A DNA stretch of 64,000 bases from Epiperipatus broadwayi. Its lineage: Eukaryota; Animalia; Onychophora. A model generated the notes under the pieces. That model was not told the origin of the DNA. It ran no database searches and was given only the letters and a program-made list of their open reading frames with translations. The translations under genes were made by a program, and so were the position numbers. Position 1 is the first letter of the stretch, and every line of letters begins with the position of its first letter. Positions 13,721-27,018 of the stretch are shown here, one piece after another. The DNA is taken from NCBI GenBank assembly GCA_028023455.1, contig JAQFVV010000003.1:13330001-13394000 (forward strand). The letters run 5' to 3'.

Positions 13721-16359
13721 GTAAAGTTCAAGAAGCTGTTCCTTATTCCTTAAGTTTTTTCACACATCTGACAGATTAGTTGTTCAATATAAGACTATAA
13801 TCTAATTTGCACACTGATATAAGAGAGATTATTCAATAATTCTTATGGTTTTTCAAAAATCTTTTCTTTGATATAAATATATAAATTTGATTTCTTCCAG
13901 TCAAGAAAACATTAAACAATCTTTCAGATTAATTGGTTTAACTTAGCTATTCCTTTTGCATTTTTTTTTACAGTTATCCTGTAAATTTTTTAACATAGTG
14001 CCATCAATCAACTTGTTTCATTAGGTCAAAATTAGAAAAACATGTGGGAAAAGGCTTACAGTTCTGTTCTAATGATTATTCTTTTTTTTTGCAATTCTGT
14101 GAATCTGAGATTTATAAATCTGATATAAGATTGGCAATCTTATTGGTAATGATTTACATTCAGCAAATCTACATAAAAATAATCAGATCTTTCAACTGGA
14201 TTTTGAAAAGGTTTGTTTTTTTCATGACTCTCTCTCTCTACTTTTTCCTCCTCTAACATCAGTAAGAGATATTAAAAGTTTGCTAACAATTACCAAACTT
14301 TTGTTAAACAAATATTGGTTATAAAAAACACTACTGGTTTTATTTCAATTTCAAATAAATTGATTTTTCAAATAATGGATCCTTTGGAAATGTAATGATG
14401 AATTTATTAAATCTATCATAATAAAATGAGATAGATGTGATTCTATTAGCACTCCTTTTAAGTCACTTAATATCCAGTTAGTTTTTTTCTCAAAAAGGTT
14501 TATTATTCTTCCAATTTACATGTTTATATACAGTGATAAACCAAATTGACCTATGATTCATAATGCATATTTTGATTTTTATGTAATTTTTCAACATAGA
14601 ACTTCATTATCTAGGTATAATTTTTTAGATTGCCATGCTAACATGATATGATATCTCGTAATTTATTTATGATATTAGTAAACAATCCAAGCACAGGTTT
14701 GGGTACTTTCAATTATGATAATGTAAATTCTAAAAGAAATTATATTTTAGATTATGTTAGCTAAAAAAAAAACACAAAATATGTTAGTACAAGGATCATA
14801 TTTTGATTGAAATAAAAACATAAATCAGAGGATAGTACTAATCCTCCCCTGCACAAATAAAGAGTTCCTCTTATATTTGGCATTGGAAAGTCTAGCATGT
14901 TACTTAAAGCCCTCTATTTTAAAATATAAAAATCTGATTTATTATAAGTACCATATCACAAAGAGCTATTATGAGAAAATATAAAATCCAGAAAGTATAA
15001 AAAAGACTGGAAAAGTAAGATATGTCCAATTTATATTGGAAAATTTGACATAATTGCACATTTGGATATTATTTATCAGAATAGTGATTGCTATAAATAA
15101 CATTTGAACTAACTTCAATAAAAGTTTTTTCTTTTTGCCTTGGTAGATTATTTGAAATAAAGGCAACCACATTATGATTAGTATATATTCTAGGAATTAA
15201 ACATCTACCAATTATGTCAGAATAACAATCAAATTTTTTTTACATAAATAAATTATTGTGATGTGATATATATTGTAACGGTATATAAATATGCCAATAC
15301 ATTAATTTAAAATAAAATCTTAAAGTTCGCAAATAAAAATAAATGTATTAAAAATAAAATCTATTAAAAAACTAAAAGCTAAAATGTTTGTTAAATGTAT
15401 ATATATATTCGCACAGATGCAAAACTTTAAAAATATTTTTTTTTATAAATAAAAAAAAGTATTTGAATGTATTTTTTTTTATAAAAAAATGCAAGATTTA
15501 AATATAAAAATATTTTAATAAAAAAATAATGTAAGTAAAAATAAAAACAGGTATTAATTAATTCCTGTAATCTGTAAATGGAAATGATTGTTTATTAATT
15601 GAAAAGCAAGCTAGCCTTGGGGCTCTTGTGTAATTAAAAAGTCAGATGAAAATTAGATAAGAGAATAAAGAGAAATTAGTTTGACCAATGGAAGCACCAA
15701 GCCTCAGCCCAGACCCGAATGAAAAGGATGGATTAGTGACGTTTTGTTGGTTGAATCTGTGTGAATATTATAAAAAGAGAAATACAGTTTTCCTGACAGT
15801 TTCGAGCTTGATTTGGTGAGACGAACGATAAGACACACTTGTCATTCTCTCTCACTTATTTTAAAAAATGAAAAGACTGTGATACCAGAATGGAACCAGC
15901 TAATGCTATCTCCAGAACATCAGAGCGGTCTTCCAATGGAGACATCATGGGAATTAAAAACAGGAACCTGGACTCTTCTACCATTAGCTATGAACTTTAC
16001 AATTTAAAAAAATAATTAAGAACTTTCGTTCAAACTTTTAAGATTCAGCTAACCTAAATTTAAAAAAAAAAAAACTCTTATCTGATTTTTCAAATTGAAA
16101 ATTAATATTTAAATTATATATATCTGACTTATGTTTCAAATTAATTATAAATGTTTAAGTTTTACATATTTGCTTGCTAAAAGAAAAAAATCATTTCCAT
16201 TTTATTAATTTTATTTGTATTAATATTTATTGTTTATATTTTAAATGATGAAATTTAAGTTGGGTATGGATGTTGCATGGATTTGTTAGCGGTTAATTAT
16301 GTTGCTGTTTCATATTCGATTGGAATATATAGGTCATTGGTGTCATTGCGGCATCTTAT

Positions 16360-18999
16360 TGTACCAGTCGAAAAACCCACCACCTAAACTGCAAGTCGGA
16401 TTCAAACTCAGCTGAACCAAAACTGAATTCAAACCCAACTCACCAGCTCAGATTAGCATAAATCGACAGCACAGTGCTATGCGCCAAGAAACTAGCTCAA
16501 TGGTTGGTGAGGATCAGAGACCCCTAAAATGACATTAATATTTGATAATAAACTGACTAAAATAATTTTAAATCGAATCATATGTATATGTTCGGGTTGC
16601 CAACACAGACAGCGAGTATTAACATTAAAATAAGCATAAAAGAATTAAGAACTAAGAAACCAAGTGTGTTGAGAAAATATTTAATAATAATAATTTGTTT
16701 TGTTTGAATTTTAAATAATGATTATATTAATTAATTTTAGTCCTTAAATAAAGTTTATAATCATAATAAGAGTGGCGATCCTTATTATATGCCAATGAGT
16801 ATTACGCAATATTGGAATTCTATGTCTATGCTCCCAACAAGAAATAAAAGGCAGATAAAGGTATTCATTAGTAAATGGAATTATTACTCTAATTTTATAC
16901 GAAAGAATGTGATATTTATTTCACATTCGCAAATCCATTCGTGAAGAGCAAGATACGTATTTTAGGGCATAACTTTAATCTTTATTGGAAACTTATTTAA
17001 TTTGAGATAACTGAGAATTTGTTTGACTTTATTTGAAATCACTTCGTCATGAATTACAAGCATCCGAGCGGGCTTTACTGGAACAGAGAGGTAACGATGC
17101 TGACGAATTATGAGCTATAAAGTGAAATTGAAAGACGATGGCTAGTCGATAATCGAAGTCCTATGGCGACTTGATCTGACAAGTCTTATGCTCTTTGACT
17201 AATATGAACAGGAGAGGAAGTGCTTTCTTCCTCGATAATTTAAAATAACAGAAATTATCACCGACCAGCCTAACGGAGGGGAAGATTGCCCTACGTCAGC
17301 AACGTTGAAGATGATGACTTACTAGTCACCGTTTGAGAACTAAAACCCAATTATAGAATGCTCAATGTGATGACTTGATCAAATAAATTAAAGTCAAATG
17401 AGTTTTTAAGTAAAACTATTTTAAAGTATTTGTAAATCATATTAATTATGCCCCAATCATCGTGCCCTTCCTGAATCTTAATAGAAAATAATAAAGTTGA
17501 ATTAGAATATATTTATTTGATTCCTTTATCGGCCCTTTGCAAAAAACATTTTAAGATTATATTTGAATAATAAACAAATATTAGTGAAACGAGAAAATAG
17601 CGGTGGCATAGATTAGAAATGGAGCTAATAATTTATTATTAGCCAATTATAAAAATAACACACATTTAATAATTTCTTTCGACTCGATGATTGATAGAAC
17701 TGGATAAATCTAGTTCTAATGGGTGAGAACTACTATTAGAATTAATATTATATTATTTGCGTGAGGCAAATAGAACAAAGGAGCTTATCGAGTCGAAAGA
17801 TTATTGGCATATAATTAAAAATAAACAACATTAATAAAGCACACAAATATATATATATATAATATAATAAATGAACTGCCAAGTAAGAAAAGAAAGTTTA
17901 AAGACTAGAGGTTGAGATAATTACGATACAAGTTTACAGTAGCATGAATAAAAGGTTTTATAAAGATTATTACATTAAAGAATAAAAGAGCTCTAAAAGG
18001 GAGTATAAAGTAAAGTTTGAAACTGGCCAGAAAGATTAAGGTTCATTTGGAAACATATTACCCAATTCTTCCGGGGCTGGTTCTTAGTTTACACGTCCAG
18101 GTTGGTAAAAACGTAGGCATGCATTTAGTCGATTACTTGAACAGCATTTTAGTGGCTTTTTATAATTTTAGCAGCATGATTGGTCCGGAAAAGATTCAGC
18201 AGCTTCATTGAAGATTTTTAGAGGACTTCAGGAACCGATAGCCAGATTCCTGATGTTTTAGCCCTTCACCATGATCGAAACACTATTTAATTTTATAATT
18301 TAAAAAAGCACAGAGTTGACTGCACTTCTCTACAACAAAGATGGTTTTTTTCTTCTCCAAACTTTTCAGAGCTATATATACTGTCCTCTCTGATGCCTTC
18401 AGGCTAGCGCTTCTTTCATTATCAATGTTTTTAGATACATTGATTGTTTTTAGATCCATTCCTTCAATAAGGCTTTCAAACTCATTAACTTGAATTCATT
18501 TTCTAATTAGAAAATGAATTCTTAAAATCAGAAAATGATTTTAATTAGGAAATCCTTATCTTTTTTCTAATTAATAAAACTTTAACTGTTGTTTTTGAAA
18601 AGGGAAAATCTGAAAGCTTATCTAAAGAATGTAGCTTTTAATCATTAAACTTTAACAACTTATTTAAAAATAAAATCAAACATTCCCCACGCAATGAAAC
18701 TTTTAAACAATTATATATATTTAAATATTTACAAATATATACACACAATCCACGCAGTTATAATATATAAATTCATGAATAATTCTATCATAAATTTATT
18801 AATAGAATTGATCAATTTAAATCTGAAACTAATTATTTGAATACACATTTATGAAATAAGTTATTCTTTATGGAAATTAGCGTGGATTGAATGTATAAAG
18901 CCCCATTGCATCAGAAATTTAAGGTTAGTACTAGGGTTTGAAGTGGGCTTATGGCTAGAGGTCATGAAGCTAGGATCGAACTCAGATCCGACTGCTTCA
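16360..18999. mobile_element. 2.64-kb solo-LTR-like insertion nested in the 5' LTR
   Basis: TGTACCAGTCG...CGACTGCTTCA termini; TTAT duplicated at 16356-16359 and 19000-19003; the 3' LTR shows the empty site (catcttatgatgaatgc). Confidence 0.85.
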
Positions 19000-20073
19000 T
19001 TATTATGAATGCTATTGTGCTTCTTGTATTCCCTCTGCAATTGACATTATCGATGACTTTGTATTTTGATCGGTTATGTTTATTCTGGAATGTTTTTTAA
19101 CCATGGAATCTATGCAGCTGATCTATACTCAGCATTATAAAACAAATTTTATAAAATTCATCTGTGTGAACATATTTAAATGTTAAATTTAAGTCGGGCG
19201 TGAATGGCTATATAGTTTTGTAAAGTTATATTAAGGGAGGGTAATCTTAAGTTATTCATTTTGTAGTTGAATTAGGTCAATGGATTGAATATATTTGTGT
19301 AATTAGTAGATGTAGTATGAGTTTCGCTACATGCAGAAACACTGTATACCCTGCACCAACCCTTTGCCTATGGATGGGATTGTAAGTCAGTAAAAAGGAC
19401 CGTGGTCCCTTCCTATGGAGTTTTTATTTTATTGTTCTTCTTGCCATACAGATGTAACATTCCTGTATTGGTCAAGAGTCAATGTCTTCTCTAACTATAC
19501 TGTTCAGATGTTCATTCCTGACAGTATAGTATATATGTGCTGTTGTATTTTCATGCTACATTGAATACATAAATGTATCAGATGGATTGACGCTGGTTTG
19601 ACTGCGAACTTTTGGCCTAAGGTTAAATAAGGGAAAGAATATTTTCTTTCAAATGCAGATCTATGTATTCTATTCATACTCGACTCTCTAAATAAAATAT
19701 TAAACTCATTGCAATCTATTTAAATGTAAAATTAAAAAAATAATATAAAAATCTAAAATGTTAAATTTATTCCTCAAAATTTAAATGATTCAAAATTTAT
19801 ATGTGCATAAATAAATGTTTGTTTGTTATTTACTGGAAGTGGCTTTTGGTTTTTTATATATACAAATTAAACAAGTTATTTCTTATCTTTGCGTCTCCAC
19901 TGGGCTAGTGACAATGGGCTAACGATCTAAATATTTAAATAAAGTGGAATCTTAACAACGCGTATCTGCGTACTTTATAAATTTTTCTAGGCTCAAATGT
20001 CTAGATGGCACCCTTGTAGTGCAGATTGCGGTTAGATTACGTTAAGTCTCACTATTCTCTGGATTGTTATAAC

Positions 20074-20092
20074 TGGCTACCCAACGTGAGTC
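20074..20092 (+). promoter_or_regulatory. Primer binding site, tRNA-Lys(CUU)-like
   Basis: TGGCTACCCAACGTGAGTC, 2 nt after the LTR end, resembles the Lys1,2 PBS TGGCGCCCAACGTGGGGC. Confidence 0.7.
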
Positions 20093-22756
20093 AATCTTTA
20101 ATAAACCACCGAGTGGCCTGAGAATTTTAAAGATAAATCATGCCCGTAATATTTTTTTTGAAATATAAATATATTTTTTGTATTAATGTAAAGTTATACT
20201 TTGAATTTTGTTTTAAAGGTACTGCCAGTAAGAAAAATTGCGCATATGTAAAAATATATGCGAGGAATAAAACATAATAATAAATATAAATCATAATTTT
20301 TTTTTAAAAAAGTCTTGTTAAATTAAAATCTAATCGTTCAACTTGCTTAAGTAATAGTTAAAAGTAGAAGAAAAGAAATTTGGAAGGGAGGGGGCAGAAA
20401 TTTAGCTGGTAGTAAAGAATCAACAGTCAACATTTTTTTTTATCATTACATTTGAGTGTAATTACTGTTTTGTCTTTTAAAAAAAAGAGTTTTGTCTTTT
20501 TGAAATTTTCATATAATCAATTTGTGTAACGTAATTACTAACACTAAGTAAATTCTTTTTTTTTTTTAATGCTTTTTTTTTTTTTTGAGGAAGTTTACTG
20601 ATATGTAACGGTATATAAATATGCTGTTACATTAATTTAAAATAAAATCTTAAAGTTCGCAAATAAAAATAAATGTATTAAAAATAAAATCTATTAAAAA
20701 ACTAAAAGCTAAAATGTTTGTTAAATGTATATATATATTCGCACAGATGCAAAACTTTAAAAATATTTTTTTTTTTCTAAATAAAAAAAAGTATTTGAAC
20801 GTATTTTTTTATAAAAAAATACAAGATTTAAATGTAAAAATATTTTAATAAAAAAATAACGTAAGTAAAAATAAAAAAAGGTATTAATTAATTCCTGTAA
20901 TCTGTAAATGGAAATGATTGTTTATTAATTGAAAAGCAAGCTAGCCTTGGGGCTCTTGTGTAATTAAAAAGTCAGATGAAAATTAGATAAGAGAATAAAG
21001 AGAAATTAGTTTGACCAATGGAAGCACCAAGCCTCAGCCCGGACCCGAATGAAAAGGATGGATTAGTGACGTTTTGTTGGTTGAATCTGTGTGAATATTA
21101 TAAAAAGAGAAATACAGTTTTCCTGACAGTTTTAAGCTTGATTTGGTGAGATGAACGATAAGACGCACTTGTCATTCTCTCTCACTTATTTTAAAAAATG
21201 AAAAGACTGTGATACCAGAATGGAACCAGCTAATGCTACCTCCAGAACATCAGAGCAGTCTTCCAATGGAGACGTCATGGGAATTAAAAACAGGAACCTG
21301 GACTCTTCTACCATGAGCTATGAACTTTACAATTTAAAAAAATAATTAAGAACTTTTGTTCAAACTTTTAAGATTCAGCTAACCTAAATTTAAAAAAAAA
21401 ACCTCTTATCTGATTTTTCAAATTGAAAATTAATATTTAAATTATATATATCTGACTTATGTTTCAAATTAATTATAAATGTTTAAGTTTTACATATTTG
21501 TTTGCTAAAACAAAAAAATCATTTCCATTTTATTAATTTTATTTGTATTAATATTTATTGTTTATATTTTAAATGATGAAATTTAAGTTGGGTATGGATG
21601 TTGCATGGATTTGTTAACGGTTAATTATGTTGCCGTTTCATATTCGATTGGAATATATAGGTCATTGGTGTCATTGCTGCATCTTATGATGAATGCTATT
21701 GTGCTTCTTGTATTCCTTCTGCAATTGACGTTATCGATGACTTTGTATTTTGATCAGTTATGTTTATTCTGGAATGTTTTTTAACCATGGAATCTATGCA
21801 GCTGATCTATACTCAACATTATAAAACAAATTTTATAAAATCCATCTGTGCAAATGTATTTAAATGTTAAATTTAAGTCGGGCATGAATGGCTATATAGT
21901 TTTGTAAAGTTATATTAAGGGAGGGTAATCTTAGGTTATTCGTTTCGTAGTTGAATTAGGTCAATGGATTGAATATATTTGTGTAATTAGTAGATGTAGT
22001 ATGAGTTTCGCTACATGCAGAATCACTATATACACTGCACCAACCCTTTGCCTATGGATGGGATTGTAAGTCAGTAAAAAGGACCACGGTCCCTTCCTAT
22101 GGAGTTTTTATTTTATTGTTCTTCTTGCCATACAGATGTAGCATTCCTGTATTGGTCAAGAGTCAATGTCTTCTCTAACTATACTGTCCAGATGTCCATT
22201 TCTGACAGTATAGTATATATGTGCTGTTGTATTTTCATGCTACATTGAATACATAAATGTATCAAATGGATTGACACCGGTTTGACTGCGAACTTTTGGC
22301 CTAAAGTTAAATAAGAGAAATATTTTTTTTTTCAAATGCAGATCTATGTATTCTATTCATACATGACCCTCTAAATAAAATATTAAACTCATTGCAATCT
22401 ATTTAAATGTAAAATTAAAAAAATAATATAAAAATCTAAAATGTTAAATTTATTCCTCAAAATTTAAATGATTCAAAATTTATATGTGCATAAATAAATG
22501 TTTGTTTGTTATTTACTGGCAGTGGCTTTTATTTTTTTATATATACAAATTAAACAAGTTATTTCTTATCTCTGCATCTCCACTGAGCTAGTGACAATGG
22601 GCTAACGATCTAAATACTTAAATAAAGTGGAATCTTAACAGCGCGTATCTGCCTACTTTAAAATTTTTCTAGGCTCAAATGCCTAGATGGCGCCCTTGTA
22701 GTGCAGATTGTGGTTAGATTCAATCTCCACTTTTTTTGGATCATTATTATATATAT

Positions 22757-24040
22757 ATATTAATGTAAAATAATATATATACAGAGTTTAATTGTAAAAT
22801 TTTAATAATATAATTGTATGGAGTATACTTTAGACATTTTCATGTCATATTCATGGTCAATCTGCTGAGAACATTAATTTTTGCTGATTTGAGTACTACT
22901 ACTTTTTTGCTTCATTACATATTCATTTTGTGTATTAAACCATGCTTTTTTTCTTTGCATTGCAATTGTTTCTTTCTTCACATACAACTCTAACAGCACT
23001 TAGATCACAGCTATGGCTGTGTTCTCTCTTATCCATTAGTGGAATAGTTTGCAGTCAGATTCTTGTTTATAAAGGAACAAATTTAAATGACCCTATATTA
23101 AACACACAAGAAAATTCTATATATACATTATGAGAATGATGTCTTTGTTAATGCACTGCAAAATACAATTAATCACATGCTCAGAGATTTTAACACATAT
23201 TCAGATTTGAATTGGACAGTTGAGCTGGAAGATAATAATGTATTTCAATATCTGGATTTAAAATTAAAGCAAACACAAATACACTCCAATACAAAATCAT
23301 TATAAAATTCACCATATTACAGAATACGTAGATATAAAATCTAAAGTGCCAACATCTCATAAATTTGTGGGGTTGAAAAACTTTTTATACCGCAATTATT
23401 ATCTATGATAATACAAAGCTGATAGAACTGAGAAAATTCAACATTACATAGCTAACTTGATAAAAGCAGGTTGTTATAGAACACACATATATAGATATAT
23501 AGAGCAATTCAGAACCAAAGTTATTAATAAAATGGCTGGTGAAATAATAAAAGCTGGAATGCTCTGCCATATCTATCACATATGGCTAATAAAATAGCAC
23601 ATATATGCTTCGATAAATTTAACACCTACTTCAAAACTCCCATAAATTTAAATAAGCTCATTAACAATACAAAAACAAAATTTTAACACTGGACTGGTCC
23701 AATGTGGTCCATGTTGTAAGGTGAAGCCAAAATGAAACATCTAATTCATCTGACTTTTTCAATCATGAGAGAAAACACAGCCATAGCTGTGATTGGAGTA
23801 CTGTTAGAGTTGTATGTGAAGAGAGAAACGATCATAAACACAAAATAAAAGAGGCATAATTCATTGCACAAATTGAATATGTACTGAACCCAAAAAAGAA
23901 GTATTCACATCTGCAAAAAAATAATGTTCCTAGCAGACTGACTATGAATATGATGTGAAAACATCGAAAGATACGCAGTACAATTATACTGTTACAATTT
24001 TATAATTAAACTCTGTATAAGTATTGTTTTACATTAATAT
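22757..24040 (+). mobile_element. Penelope-like remnant with inverted pLTR arms (family E)
   Basis: ~275-bp inverted arms 22757-23030 / 23765-24040 enclosing decayed RT C-terminus/linker sequence at ~23170-23670 (WTVELEDNNVFQYLDLK; LPYLSHMANKIAHI). Confidence 0.75.
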
Positions 24041-25051
24041 CTAGAAAGGCAGAGTATGGAAATGTACTTATATATATATAGTATATTAAGGGAAATATAT
24101 TTTCATATAGTCCAACTTTTTTTGTTTTTGCTCAAAATTGTCGTCTAATATTAGATATCTTATGTGTAAAGCAAAGATAATAAATAATTCATGCTAATAA
24201 ATTTGATATTGTATAATATTTGTAGAAGTATATAATGTACTTATTTGTGTGTGTTTTTGGAGAATCCCTTTGTTTTGGAACAATAGTAAGTTTTAAAAAA
24301 TTTGTTTTTTTTTAATTGTTTTTTGAAATATCTTTTAGGTAATATGAATTTGTGGGAATTGTCAAATAAAACTAAATAGAATAAATAATTATAACCATTT
24401 TTTTTTTATGATGATTTACAAAAACATTGCATATCCAGTGGTCATAATTTTTAACTTCCAAAAGTCTATTTTTTATGATGGGTTCACTTCTTCATAGGAA
24501 GTATTTTTTATTATATTCATCAATTGCAAGTTTGTAAGAATTTGTATGCTTTTTTTAACTCTATTACTAAAAATAAATAGATAACTATCTATCAGCCTAT
24601 AATTCAATTTTAATTCCAGTCTTGCTTGGAATCAACTACAATCTAAATTTGTTTTTAATCTGGATGTGAATCCCAAGAATATGGTAGGTAGATGTGTCAA
24701 ATCACAATATTATTAGATCCATTTATAGAAGTTTATAATAACTTGCAAATATAGTATTGTAAAACCAAGAAAATGGCCATCGATAAAATAGATGGATTTA
24801 ATTATTATAATAGTAAATAGACTACTGTGCAGATTAAAAATCTAAACAAAAGTTGTAGTTCATTCTGTAGAAATATCAAGAACACTATTTAAATGATTGC
24901 CAGACCTCTTTTTGTCAATATATATATATATATATATATTAAAAATCAGCCATATATCACATGACCTATATAGCTTGTAGCTCTAAACAAGCTTAATTAT
25001 TTTTATGATAAATGCTACAAGAGAAAATACATGAAGCTTTTATCTATGATG

Positions 25052-25107
25052 GTCCCCATCCCCAGACCGGTTTCGAGCTATGGCTCTCATCAGTGAGGAG
25101 CTAGGAC
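25052..25107 (-). ncRNA. Type I hammerhead ribozyme, family B (fully canonical core)
   Basis: GUCCU-AGC-UCCUCA CUGAUGA GAGC-CAUA-GCUC GAAAC-CG-GUC UGGGGA-UG-GGGAC; palindromic helix III ACCGGU. Confidence 0.9.
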
Positions 25108-25409
25108 ATAAGATTCAAAATATTAACTCAATCCAAGCATTTATCTAATTCTTAAATATTAAGAAAAAGATCCAAATCTTCAGACACCTACATGTCTTCA
25201 AACTCAGTTCTTTAACCAAAGAAACTATATGAGCCTGAACTAAATTCAGAGATCCCATATATTAGTAGGCTTAGCATTTTAATATAGCCAAAGCCCTAAT
25301 AGCAAAATTATAATAGTAAAAATCAGTCATATATCACATGACCTATATAGCTTGTATTACCAATATGTAATATATAAAGAGCCTGCTCTTTATATATTTT
25401 GAATCTTAT

Positions 25410-25465
25410 GTCCTAGCTCCTCACTGATGAGAGGCATAGCTCGAAACCGGTCTGGGGATGGGGAC
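25410..25465 (+). ncRNA. Type I hammerhead ribozyme, family B
   Basis: CUGAUGA at 25424-25430; helix II GAGG/GCUC (one mismatch); GAAACCGGUC; predicted cleavage after C25452. Confidence 0.85.
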
Positions 25466-25821
25466 CATCATAGATAAAAGCTTCATGTATTTTCTCTTGT
25501 AGCATTTATCATAAAAATAATTAAGCTTGTTTAGAGCTAGTAGCAGGCTCTTTATATATTACATATTGGTAATACAAGCTATATAGGTCATGTGATATAT
25601 GACTGATTTTTACTATTATAATTTTGCTATTAGGGCTTTGGCTATATTAAAATGCTAAGCCTACTAATATATGGGATCTCTGAATTTAGTTCAGGCTCAT
25701 ATAGTTTCTTTGGTTAAAGAGCTGAGTTTGAAGACATGTAGGTGTCTGAAGATTTGGATCTTTTTCTTAATATTTAAGAATTAGATAAATGCTTGAATTG
25801 AGTTAATATTTTGAATCTTAT

Positions 25822-25877
25822 GTCCTAGCTCCTCACTGATGAGAGCCATAGCTCGAAACTGGTCTGGGGATGGGGAC
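25822..25877 (+). ncRNA. Type I hammerhead ribozyme, family B
   Basis: CUGAUGA at 25836-25842; helix II GAGC/GCUC; GAAACUGGUC; predicted cleavage after C25864. Confidence 0.88.
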
Positions 25878-26784
25878 CATCATAAATAAAAGCTTCATGT
25901 ATTTTCTCTTGTATCATTTGTCATAAAAAAATAAAAATAATTAAGTTTGTTTAGAGCTAGTAGCAGGCTCTTTATATATATATATATTTGCATATAACTC
26001 ACTAATTGTGACAATAGCAGTGAATAATGACGTAAATATTTTATGCAAGAACAATATATTTTATTTTTGCATAATTAAATACTATTACAACTCTTTGTGG
26101 AATTATCAGGTCTATGTGCTTTACGATTTATATATAATACATACGTATACACACTTGTGAATTATATAATATGCTTTGAAATTCGAAATAATTGCAACAT
26201 TAAAAAGCTGAAATTTATTATATAAAGTAATTTCTGTGAGGTAATTAATTACTCTACCTTCTGCAACTTGTTTGCATTAAATGTATTTTAATATTTAAAC
26301 AATCAGATATACTTCTACACTTAGCACAAGTTCTCACTAGTCAACTTAATTAATAATTTGAACTACTTAAAAACAGTTAATAAAGATAAAAATTAAATGA
26401 ATACAAAACTATTCTGATTAATAAAAATGTTTCTTCTCTTCATTTATCTAACTATTAATATGTTTTCACTAATCTTAATTTGTTTAAGTTTGTAAAATAT
26501 TAAAAAATAAACATTTATAGAATAAAATATATTTTAATTTGCGAAGCGCAGATAGTTGAAAATTGAAATAAATTGAGATACTGCCGAATCTAAGAGGTGG
26601 CATAAGTTCTGAATCTGATTCAAGTCCAAAACCAGTTTATAGCTATCTTCTGTTCTATAATGAGCATCTATCCTTCCTGATCAATCAACAAGAACCAAAG
26701 GGAGAGAATGCTAATATTTTATTCAGTTTTCTAAACAAAAAAAAAACATCTATTAAAAGTCCGTATACATATATAACATAAAGT

Positions 26785-26994
26785 ATGGAGAGAGGTATAT
26801 TAGAGGCAATGTGGAGGAATGCTGTTAGAAGAAGTGTAAATAAGCAGCCAAAACCTAAACTGAATTCCAAAAGACATTTGAAGACTGCAGGCGAAAAGCA
26901 TGATGAAACATTTTCTGAGCATTGTGGAAATATTCTTTTGCAGAAAGACAATATAATTTGCAATAAAGTACTTATTACCAAATTATTGTATTAA
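26785..26994 (+). pseudogene. Possible Penelope GIY-YIG C-terminal remnant
   Basis: ERGILEAMW...PKLN resembles the ERxxKEAIxI...PxLN motif; weak. Confidence 0.3.
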
Positions 26995-27018
26995 AAAAAT
27001 TGAGAAGTAGTTTCAACA

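Larger units (their letters stand above)
15274..22748 (+). mobile_element. Non-autonomous LTR retroelement with two ~2.15-kb LTRs and a ~530-bp non-coding interior
   Basis: 5' LTR = 15274-16359 + 19004-20071; 3' LTR = 20604-22748. Both begin TGTAACG; ends are consistent with a CpG-decayed CGTTACA; ATAT on both flanks; PBS immediately after the 5' LTR. Confidence 0.85.
24941..25985. mobile_element. Family B HHR tandem/inverted repeat locus (retrozyme-like)
   Basis: 412-nt unit; ~1.1 copies on minus (24941-25389) joined head-to-head to ~1.4 copies on plus (25390-25985); (TA)n on both flanks; three HHRs. Confidence 0.9.

Noticed and set aside
15813-16007. 64-aa ORF in the LTR
   Set aside because: Lies in LTR sequence with no gag/pol motifs.
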